Source of the DNA: an uncultured Gammaproteobacteria bacterium
Lineage (GTDB): Bacteria > Patescibacteriota > Patescibacteriia > Magasanikbacterales > GWA2-37-8
Reading direction: 5' to 3'
Length of the DNA stretch: 56,699 nt
Assembly: GCA_964356495.1 (NCBI GenBank)
Contig: CAYHHR010000002.1
Coordinates: 1 to 56,699 of the forward strand
Shown here piece after piece: positions 44,505-52,094 of this stretch. Below the pieces are notes generated by a model, which made no database searches, was not told where the DNA came from, and was given only the letters and a program-made list of their open reading frames with translations. Numbering within the stretch: the first letter of the stretch is position 1; every line of letters starts with the position of its first letter. Both the position numbers and the translations under genes were made by a program.

Positions 44505-46664
44505 ATGGTTCATATGGATCTCCAAACTAGGATCGAAGCTCTAAACAAAGTCGGGAAGACGACTGCTAAAAAGCTGGAACGGCTTGGTATTTTTACTGTT
44601 AATAATTTACTTCATCATTATCCGTTTCGTTACGAAGATTTTAGCCGCGTCGCGCCGATCAAGGATTTGCGCGAGGGCGATTCGGTGACGGTGAAAGGCG
44701 TGATTGAATTGATCGCCAATCGTCGGATTCGCAACCGACGCAGTCTTACCGAAGCCCTGCTTACCGATGAGACCGGCAGTATCAGGCTGATCTGGTTTAA
44801 TCAGCCGTACCTCACAAAAAATCTCGAGACCGGCACGGAAGTATATATTTCCGGCGTGATAAAACATGATGCGCTCGGTTTGCAGTTCGTGAGTCCCGCC
44901 TATGAATTAGCCTCGCGACGTAATATTCACACCGCTCGCCTGGTGCCGATGTATCCTCTCACCGAAGGGATCACACAGAAGCAGGTGAGATTTTTGGTTG
45001 AGCAATCATTGCCGGCCGCGCCAACCATAAGTGATTGGTTGCCGGAGAAAATTAAGAAGGAAAATAATCTGATCGCGTTGCAGGGGGCGATTAAGCAAAT
45101 TCATTTTCCAGAATCTGACGCGCAAATGAATTTGGCCACCGAGCGTCTGAAGTTTGATGAATTATTTTTGATTCAGCTCCAGGCGGAACTCGCTCGCCAC
45201 GAGCAAACTATTCTAAGGGCGCCAGTGTTGGCATTTCATGAGGAAGAAATAAAAAAGTTTGTGGCTGGTCTGCCGTTTACTCTCACCAAGGATCAAAAAA
45301 TTTCGGCTTGGGAAATTCTACAAAATATTGCCGGCGAAGTGCCGATGAACCGGCTGTTGTCCGGCGACGTCGGATCCGGCAAGACCGTGGTCGCCGCCGT
45401 TGCTCTCTACAATACCGTTCTTTCCGGTTTCCAGGGGATCATGATGGCGCCAACGGAGATTTTGGCAACGCAGCATTTTGATTCGGTCTGCAGATTGTTG
45501 CAGGATCAGACGCTAGTATTGTTTACTCGTTCACATCATTTAATATTTAAGAATCGAGAGAAGTTCGAGGTTTCAAAGAAAGAACTGCAAAAGATAATCG
45601 CCACCGGCGAAGCGAACGTGATCATTGGGACGCATGCTTTGCTGTCGGAAGGGGTTGAGTTTAAAAATGTTGGCCTCGTGGTCGTGGACGAACAGCATCG
45701 TTTCGGAGTATTGCAGAGGAAAGTGATTAAGAGCAAAGGAGGGCAAACCCCACCTAACCTCCCCTTGGAAAGGGGAGGGAGCCACGCCGTGCACTTTCTC
45801 AGCATGACGGCGACGCCGATCCCGCGTTCGCTCGCTCTGATGGTCTATGGTGATCTTGATGTTTCTGTAATCAGAGAAATGCCGCCGGGAAGAAAACCGG
45901 TTATGACCAGGATCGTCGAGCCGCGAAATCGCGACAAGGCTTATGAATTTATTCGAAAAGAAGTTGGGAAAGGCGGACAGGTGTTTGTGGTTTGTCCGTT
46001 GATTGACGCCAACCCACCCCTACCCCGTCCGAGCGGGGACTTCATTGTGAATGATAAAAAATCGGTAATGACTGAATACAAAAAATTATCTGAAAATATT
46101 TTTCCGAATTTGAGAGTCAATTATCTCCACGGTAAGATGAAAGGTGAAGAAAAAGAAAAAATAATGGCGCAGTTTAAAAATAAGGAATATGATATTCTGG
46201 TTTCGACTTCGGTGATCGAAGTCGGAGTGGATGTGCCAAACGCGACCATTATGTTGATCGAGGGAGCCGAGCGGTTTGGGTTGGCGCAGCTGCATCAGTT
46301 CAGAGGGAGAGTGGGGAGGGGCGACCGGCAGTCTTATTGTTTTGTATTTACGGACAGCGAGACCTCTCCCTACCCTCTCCTCTGTGGAGGCGAGGGTTCA
46401 CGAACTATGGAGCGGTTGCGTTTTTTTGAAAAACATCAGAACGGTTTCGAGCTGGCCGAAAAAGATTTGGAGTTGCGTGGTCCCGGGGAAGTCTATGGGA
46501 CGACGCAGAGCGGAATGATGCAACTCCGCCTAGCTAAGCTTTCGGACACCGCGTTAATAAAAAAAGCCCGCGAGTCAGCGCGAGTTATTTCATCTCAACT
46601 TTCAGAATTCCCGGAGCTCATTAAAAAAATGAAAGAGTGGGAAGAGTCGGTGCACTTAGAATGA
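44505..46664 (+). CDS. recG: ATP-dependent DNA helicase RecG
   Basis: Wedge/OB N-terminal domain, then GDVGSGKT, VVDEQHRFGV, MTATPIPRSLA, VIEVGVDVPNA and FRGRVGRG. Carries three in-frame repeat insertions. Confidence 0.95.
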   Translation: MVHMDLQTRIEALNKVGKTTAKKLERLGIFTVNNLLHHYPFRYEDFSRVAPIKDLREGDSVTVKGVIELIANRRIRNRRSLTEALLTDETGSIRLIWFNQPYLTKNLETGTEVYISGVIKHDALGLQFVSPAYELASRRNIHTARLVPMYPLTEGITQKQVRFLVEQSLPAAPTISDWLPEKIKKENNLIALQGAIKQIHFPESDAQMNLATERLKFDELFLIQLQAELARHEQTILRAPVLAFHEEEIKKFVAGLPFTLTKDQKISAWEILQNIAGEVPMNRLLSGDVGSGKTVVAAVALYNTVLSGFQGIMMAPTEILATQHFDSVCRLLQDQTLVLFTRSHHLIFKNREKFEVSKKELQKIIATGEANVIIGTHALLSEGVEFKNVGLVVVDEQHRFGVLQRKVIKSKGGQTPPNLPLERGGSHAVHFLSMTATPIPRSLALMVYGDLDVSVIREMPPGRKPVMTRIVEPRNRDKAYEFIRKEVGKGGQVFVVCPLIDANPPLPRPSGDFIVNDKKSVMTEYKKLSENIFPNLRVNYLHGKMKGEEKEKIMAQFKNKEYDILVSTSVIEVGVDVPNATIMLIEGAERFGLAQLHQFRGRVGRGDRQSYCFVFTDSETSPYPLLCGGEGSRTMERLRFFEKHQNGFELAEKDLELRGPGEVYGTTQSGMMQLRLAKLSDTALIKKARESARVISSQLSEFPELIKKMKEWEESVHLE
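45742..45783 (+). repeat. Family B element, copy B4, in frame in recG
   Basis: ggcaaaccccacctaacctccccttggaaaggggagggagcc is read in a different frame from B1 and B3 (QTPPNLPLERGGS). It lies between helicase motifs II and III. Confidence 0.85.
46009..46042 (+). repeat. Family C element, copy C3, in frame in recG
   Basis: ccaacccacccctaccccgtccgagcggggactt encodes NPPLPRPSGDF, in the same frame as C1. Confidence 0.85.
46356..46402 (-). repeat. Family A half-element, copy A3 (reverse orientation), in frame in recG
   Basis: agcgagacctctccctaccctctcctctgtggaggcgagggttca is the reverse complement of the right half of A1 and A2. It encodes ETSPYPLLCGGEGS. Confidence 0.8.
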
Positions 46665-46666
46665 AT

Positions 46667-46727
46667 GTATCAGTTATCAGGTATCAATTATCAATTTTTG
46701 ATACATAATAAGTGATAATTGGTAATT
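46667..46727. repeat. Family H element, copy H2 (between convergent recG and radA)
   Basis: gtatcagttatcaggtatcaattatcaa...gtgataattggtaatt shares both arms with H1. Confidence 0.7.
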
Positions 46728-46732
46728 TTCGT

Positions 46733-48091
46733 TTAAGTGTGTTTGATGATCTCCTGGATATTTTTGATATCGAGGATTTTAATTCTCCCACTCCCCCCCG
46801 TCCCCTCTCGGGCAGAGGGGGATATATTCTTTCCGATGTTAGATAGCACTCGTTTCAACCCGAGCTGTTCGCATTCTTTAATTCTTTTTTCAATCTGAAC
46901 AATCGGCCGAACTTCGCCGCCGAGTCCGACTTCTCCGAAGACGACGAGATCGCCGCCGAGGGGTTTGTCTTTGTAGGCGCTCGCGATGGCGAGAGCGATG
47001 GCGAGGTCAGCCGCCGGTTCGTCGGCAGTAAGTCCGCCGGCGATGTTGATGTGGATATCGTAGCTTTCGAGTTGGAGTTTGGCGCGTTTTTGTAGAACGG
47101 CGATGAGGACGTGCAGACGATTCAAATCAAAACCGCTGGCCTTGCGGGTCGGATAGCCAAAGGCGGTCTTGGTGACCAAGGCTTGAACCTCGACGAGAAG
47201 CGGGCGCGTACCCTCGATGAGGCAGGTCAGAACGTTTCCCGGTAGATTTTCTCCTCGCTCCGAGAGAAAAGCGGCGGAAGGATTTTTGACTTCGCGTAGA
47301 CCGCCCTCATGCATTTGGAATACTCCGACTTCATCAGTTGATCCGAAACGATTTTTCACGGTTCTGAGGATTCGATAAAAATGATGTCGGTCACCCTCGA
47401 GATATACGACCGTGTCTACCAGATGTTCGAGAGTTTTTGGCCCGGCGACGATGCCTTCTTTGGTGACATGGCCGACGATGATGGCGGTGGTCGAAGTTGG
47501 CTTCACGGCCTCGAGGAGTTTGGTGGTGCAAGCGCGGATCTGAGTGGGGGAGCCGGCTTCGCCCTCGACTTCATTTGAAAAAATTGTTTGCATCGAGTCG
47601 ATGATCACGAGCGTTGGTTTTTGAAACAGAATCGTCGCGATGATTATTTCGATGTTAGTTTCGTTGGCGAGCTCTAAGGTTTTGGAATTTATGTTGAGTC
47701 GATCGGCGCGAAGTTTTATTTGGCCGATTGATTCTTCTCCGGAAATTACCAGCGAGTTCGGAATTTTTGCGGCCATTTCGATCGTTAGGGTAGATTTTCC
47801 GATTCCTGGTTCGCCGCCGAGCAGGATCAGACTGCCGGGGACGAGACCGCCACCCAGCACCCGATCAAGTTCGTCGATATTAGTTTTTACTCGTTTGACA
47901 CCTTCACTTTTTATTTCTCCAAGCTTTACCGTCTTCGCCGGTTCAACGTCAGATTTTTTATTTTCTGCTCCTGTCATTTTACCTTCGGCGATTGTGCCCC
48001 ATTTTCCGCATTCTAAACAACGTCCAGTCCATTTGGAGTACTGAGCGTCGCAGGAGGAACATTTGAAGATGGTTTTATTGTCGTTTTTCAC
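46733..48091 (-). CDS. radA: DNA repair protein RadA/Sms
   Basis: N-terminal zinc finger (CSSC..C.ECGKW), Walker A (GGEPGIGKSTL), KNRFG, and a Lon-like C-terminal domain. Contains a repeat-derived insertion near the C-terminus. Confidence 0.95.
   Translation of the reverse strand: MKNDNKTIFKCSSCDAQYSKWTGRCLECGKWGTIAEGKMTGAENKKSDVEPAKTVKLGEIKSEGVKRVKTNIDELDRVLGGGLVPGSLILLGGEPGIGKSTLTIEMAAKIPNSLVISGEESIGQIKLRADRLNINSKTLELANETNIEIIIATILFQKPTLVIIDSMQTIFSNEVEGEAGSPTQIRACTTKLLEAVKPTSTTAIIVGHVTKEGIVAGPKTLEHLVDTVVYLEGDRHHFYRILRTVKNRFGSTDEVGVFQMHEGGLREVKNPSAAFLSERGENLPGNVLTCLIEGTRPLLVEVQALVTKTAFGYPTRKASGFDLNRLHVLIAVLQKRAKLQLESYDIHINIAGGLTADEPAADLAIALAIASAYKDKPLGGDLVVFGEVGLGGEVRPIVQIEKRIKECEQLGLKRVLSNIGKNISPSAREGTGGSGRIKILDIKNIQEIIKHT
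46784..46823. repeat. G/C-rich hairpin element K, in frame in the radA 3' region
   Basis: tctcccactcccccccgtcccctctcgggcagagggggat contains the hairpin cccctct-cgggc-agagggg and resembles half of family E. It encodes SPSAREGTGGSG on the minus strand. Confidence 0.6.
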
Positions 48092-49428
48092 AGACAGCCG
48101 TTTGACATCGTGGGTTTTTCAAAATGCCAGGCTTCTATATTCAAACTGCAAAAGCCCGCATCCTTCATCGCTTGAATCACCGCTGCTTGGCAAGGATCCG
48201 CTCGGCAGGGGTCAGTGGCCGGATTGCTCGTGCAGTCTTTTTGCTGGACACATTGGACACCATTTTTTTCTCCCCACACATCAACCGCCCTCCCAGTAGT
48301 ATGTGGACAATTTTTTGGATCATTTTGATACAATGGACACGTGTATGGCGCGCCCGGTTTTGGGTTGCAATCGAGGGATCCGACCGGATTTTGGCAATTT
48401 TTCTGTATGAGCGCGATTTGTTGATCAAGGGAACGTAACCCACTGGCAACATAAAGCAAAATATTTTGGTTTTTCAGATTAACCGCGGCGGTTTGGAGCG
48501 CCGGAAGGATCGTAATGTTATCAACCAGAACACCATTATTCGCAGTTAGATTGTCGCCGAGTACGTCTACTTGGTTTGCGGCCGAGGCAGGTGCTTGGCC
48601 GGTGGTGATCCCGAATTCATGTTCCTCTGGAGCTGGATAAATAAATTTCACCTTCAACGCCTTAAACTGCACTAGCTCTGGATTGATAGTATAGAATAAA
48701 AAATATGAACTCCAGAGGATCATCAGTCCGATGACGGCCTGGGTAATATTTTTCACGCCGGCATTTTTTTGCTCGCCACCAGCGGATACTGTGATGCGAA
48801 AGCCACCAACGACGATCATGATCGCCGCTAGGATACTTGATGCCGCAAGCGCGAATTTATAAACCGCGGCTAGATATTCGGCTAGAGAGGTGAGGTGGAG
48901 GTAACCCTCCGAATCAACCGTTTGGTCAATTGGTTTAAAATTCAGACCAGGGATTTTTATTTCCAGCGAGGGGTTGCTTATTTTGACTACCTCGCCGATC
49001 CCGAGGATGCCGGTTGCGTTCGGGTCTGTTGGCGGAACAATCTGTGGAGCGTTCGGATCGTAGTAGCAAGTGTCGTTTAGACATTTAGGTGTCCCTGGTT
49101 GTTTGCAATCGACGGCATTCATACAGGGAAGAAAGCTGTTGGTGAGGCCAAAATCTTCGCAACTGGCCGGCGAGCAGGTATCGGTAGAGCAGTAAATGCA
49201 GTTGGAATACCTTACTTCCTGAGTTCCACCGCTAATTCCTTGGCCAGAAACATAGTCCGTTAATTCCCCGGCGCATTCAAACGCTGAAGCTACCGGTTTG
49301 CCGTAGCAGGGGGTTGGAGAGTCTAATTGTGGAACGGTGGTGCATTTACACGATCCGGCAGAAACAAATTTCGGCTGTAAAAAAAACACCAACCCAACAC
49401 TCAAAATCAAAAAAAGAAAACGCTTCAT
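48088..49428 (-). CDS. Secreted Cys-rich protein with a central VirB2/TrbC-like pilin TM hairpin and a C-terminal VanY/M15-type peptidase domain
   Basis: Signal peptide, then 12 Cys in the first roughly 120 aa. AASSILAAIMIVVGGFRITVSAGGEQKNAGVKNITQAVIGLMILW fits the T4SS-pilin-like pattern. The C-terminus has SGLRSLDQQ, HTTGRAVDV and EAWHFE, as in M15 peptidases. Confidence 0.6.
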   Translation of the reverse strand: MKRFLFLILSVGLVFFLQPKFVSAGSCKCTTVPQLDSPTPCYGKPVASAFECAGELTDYVSGQGISGGTQEVRYSNCIYCSTDTCSPASCEDFGLTNSFLPCMNAVDCKQPGTPKCLNDTCYYDPNAPQIVPPTDPNATGILGIGEVVKISNPSLEIKIPGLNFKPIDQTVDSEGYLHLTSLAEYLAAVYKFALAASSILAAIMIVVGGFRITVSAGGEQKNAGVKNITQAVIGLMILWSSYFLFYTINPELVQFKALKVKFIYPAPEEHEFGITTGQAPASAANQVDVLGDNLTANNGVLVDNITILPALQTAAVNLKNQNILLYVASGLRSLDQQIALIQKNCQNPVGSLDCNPKPGAPYTCPLYQNDPKNCPHTTGRAVDVWGEKNGVQCVQQKDCTSNPATDPCRADPCQAAVIQAMKDAGFCSLNIEAWHFEKPTMSNGCL

Positions 49429-49430
49429 AA

Positions 49431-50081
49431 CTATTTAGCGGTTAAAGTCGAGAGCAAATCGGAAATATTGATATCCAGTTTCGTATTTAATTTTTTATTG
49501 TTTATAAATATTAAAGGCGGCGCGCCAAGTTCGAGGCCTCTCGCTTCGTCGTAATCTTTTTGGATGGCTGCGATAGTATTTTCGGACGCCAGGCAGGCCG
49601 ACCATAAAGGCAGATCAAGTCGCGTGTCCTCGGCGGCTTTCTGGAGTCCGGACTGGCGCAAATCGTAATCGCGCGAAATTAAATTATCCAAAAATGACCA
49701 AAGTTTATGCTGTAGTCCGGCGCAGTAGGCGGCCTTATGGGCGAGGACACCGTCGGAAAAGAGCTGCGCGACCGGCGCGTGTTTGAAGACAAGACGAACC
49801 CCGGGATTTTTTTCAGCAAAGCTACTCAGCTCCTCGTGTAAGATTCGGGCTTTGGAATTTCCGAGATCTTGGTATTCGACGACGATTAATTGTCCGCCCG
49901 GATTCAGACTTTGATCAGTGGGAGAAATGTTGAGCGGAGTGCTAGCGTCGGCGATGAGTGGTTCGGTTGAGGCCGAGGTCGTGATTGATTGAAAATTATT
50001 AATTTCTTTCCAAAGCATGAGACCGATAATGGTCGTGAGGATGAGGAGGATGGCGTAGAGTTTTTTGTTGGTGAAGGTCAT
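49431..50081 (-). CDS. DsbA/thioredoxin-fold protein lacking the CXXC active site
   Basis: N-terminal TM segment. It aligns to the DsbA-like pattern (..VEY.D......AR...E.......VR.VFKH.P.....AH.AA.CAG.Q.K.W.F...L...GAPPLIFIN.K), but GNSK stands where CPxC is expected. Confidence 0.6.
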   Translation of the reverse strand: MTFTNKKLYAILLILTTIIGLMLWKEINNFQSITTSASTEPLIADASTPLNISPTDQSLNPGGQLIVVEYQDLGNSKARILHEELSSFAEKNPGVRLVFKHAPVAQLFSDGVLAHKAAYCAGLQHKLWSFLDNLISRDYDLRQSGLQKAAEDTRLDLPLWSACLASENTIAAIQKDYDEARGLELGAPPLIFINNKKLNTKLDINISDLLSTLTAK

Positions 50082-50087
50082 ATAGTT

Positions 50088-51320
50088 TTAGAGAGCAACC
50101 TGGAAGGCGCCGGTTTGATGGTGGTCCGTAAAAATTACTTTTCGGCCGGCGGCATCGTAGGAAATAGAATCAATCGTGTAATCTTTGTCGAGCGGCAGGG
50201 GGGTGCGAATGCCGGTCTTGATGTCAATTCGGAAGAGATCGTCAGGGGTGTCGGCCGCGATGGCAGGCGACATGCCGGCGCCTTCGGGCAGAGATCGCGG
50301 CACCCCGCAAACGAGCGTGCTGTCATCGGCAAAGGCGCATTTTTTGGCCCAGGTGTTTACCTGCAAAAGTTGCCGGCCGGCGCCGATATTATCTCCGTAG
50401 GAATTTACGATCCAGAGTTCCGGTTTGAAATCGCTGCGCGCGCTGTCGACGCTATAAAGTAATTTTTGTCCGGTGGGCGACCATTGCGGCTGAAAATCCA
50501 GCCCCTCAACCACGATGGATTTGAAATTTTCTCCATGCAACCCGAGGAACAATATTTCCTTGCGGTCGGCGCCTTGCGCTTCGCCAGTTTGGGAGAAGGC
50601 GACCGTCTGCCGGCTTGGCGACCAATCCATTGTTACTTTGTCGGCGTTGTTGCCGAGCGGTTCGATCAGTTGAGCGCCTGAGCCGTCGTCTTTGGTGGTA
50701 ATCAGCCAGCGATTTTCCGGCGCGAGGCCGAGACTCTTGGCAGCCAGCTCGGTGCTGTCGGGCGAGAAGCTAAAATCTTCCCAGTGTTTCGGGAGCGAAG
50801 TTTGAGTTTTGGTTTCGAAGTTGTAAATAATTTTGCTGTTGTCGGGATATTCGATGACGGCCTTGTTGGCCGTTTTTGCCCAGACGACGTTTTGAACATT
50901 ATAAAATACCTGGTCGCTCAGCGAGCGCATTTTTCCGTCTGGCCCCAGGGAATAAAATTTCCCATCAGTTTCGTTATGAAAGCGAACGCTGCCATTTGAT
51001 AGAGAAGGGAAGAGCGCGTTTTCGGAGATGAGTTTGGTGACCGCCGCCGGTTTATAATAATTTTCATTGGTGGAACCGATGATGACGTTCGCGCTCGGCA
51101 ATATCCCTGGCCCGCTAACGCCGGCGCCGCCGGTAGTGGTGGCGCGAAAACCGGCGCCCGGTAAAGCTCCGCTCGGTACGCCGCCCGGTCCGATTGCTCC
51201 CGGTTGACTTGGCCCTCCGGTCTGTCCTTTTTTGAAAACGCTATAGAGCGCGAAACCAATTACAAAAGTGATACCGAGGAGGCCGATGATAAGGAGGAGG
51301 CGTTTGAGAGTGGGGTTCAT
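50088..51320 (-). CDS. Membrane-anchored TolB-like beta-propeller (PD40 repeat) protein
   Basis: N-terminal TM segment, a Gly/Pro-rich linker, then repeated F/W-SPD/SP..G..LA/Y motifs (FSFSPDSTELA, MDWSPSRQTVAF, PQWSPTGQKLLY). Confidence 0.65.
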   Translation of the reverse strand: MNPTLKRLLLIIGLLGITFVIGFALYSVFKKGQTGGPSQPGAIGPGGVPSGALPGAGFRATTTGGAGVSGPGILPSANVIIGSTNENYYKPAAVTKLISENALFPSLSNGSVRFHNETDGKFYSLGPDGKMRSLSDQVFYNVQNVVWAKTANKAVIEYPDNSKIIYNFETKTQTSLPKHWEDFSFSPDSTELAAKSLGLAPENRWLITTKDDGSGAQLIEPLGNNADKVTMDWSPSRQTVAFSQTGEAQGADRKEILFLGLHGENFKSIVVEGLDFQPQWSPTGQKLLYSVDSARSDFKPELWIVNSYGDNIGAGRQLLQVNTWAKKCAFADDSTLVCGVPRSLPEGAGMSPAIAADTPDDLFRIDIKTGIRTPLPLDKDYTIDSISYDAAGRKVIFTDHHQTGAFQVAL

Positions 51321-51357
51321 AATTAGTGAAAATTTTTAATTTTGCAATTTTTAAAAA

Positions 51358-52089
51358 CTACGCGGCATTTTGAACTTGTTCGCGCGCGGCGGAAATCTCC
51401 ATTCCTCGTAGATCGGCCAGCGCCGCCTTTCGTTGCTGTTCTTGTTGGAATTGTTTTTCTAGTGGTACTAAAATTTTGTTTATTTCTTTTATCGCCTTAA
51501 CTATCGTTTTTGTTATTGGTCCTTCTTTGTAGAATATATAAACTATTATCCAGGGAATATAAATAATAATCAATAATATCGGGATGATGATAGTCTCAGA
51601 TAAGAGCGAAAAAGCTTCGCCCCAAGACATCGAACCGTCATAAATAGCCGCGCCGGTTTTTGCCAATTTTAATTTCCCTCTAATTTTTTGTAAAGTTTTA
51701 ATTTTTAATGCCAAGTTTGATTTTGCCATGAAACGGTTTATTAAGGCGCTGACAAAAGGTATTTTTTTGATTACCATACCCATCGGACCGTTGAAAAGTT
51801 TGCTGGCAAGATTCGCGCCTAAATCTTTTTCTTCTGAGAGTTTAACCATGGCTTTTCTGATATTTTCACTTCGCTGTCGATTGACATCCAGTTTCGTTTT
51901 GATGTCTCTTTGTTGATCTTCTCCGACTTCCTCTTGCGCTCCGGCGGGAGCCTTTTTCGAAACAGTCGTAATATCGCCGGAAATTTCTCCGGACCGGTCG
52001 TCATTCATCATGAGGCCAGAAGACACCGCGGTTTGATCGTTCGCGGCTAGGTCCGGCGGGTTTGCCATCGCATTCTCTCCTTCGGCCAT
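51358..52089 (-). CDS. Hypothetical membrane protein
   Basis: 243 aa with an acidic, disordered-looking N-terminus, one strong TM segment (IIIPILLIIIYIPWIIVYIF) and a coiled-coil-like C-terminus. It is tightly packed in the clpC-radA strand block. Confidence 0.5.
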   Translation of the reverse strand: MAEGENAMANPPDLAANDQTAVSSGLMMNDDRSGEISGDITTVSKKAPAGAQEEVGEDQQRDIKTKLDVNRQRSENIRKAMVKLSEEKDLGANLASKLFNGPMGMVIKKIPFVSALINRFMAKSNLALKIKTLQKIRGKLKLAKTGAAIYDGSMSWGEAFSLLSETIIIPILLIIIYIPWIIVYIFYKEGPITKTIVKAIKEINKILVPLEKQFQQEQQRKAALADLRGMEISAAREQVQNAA

Positions 52090-52094
52090 AGAAA

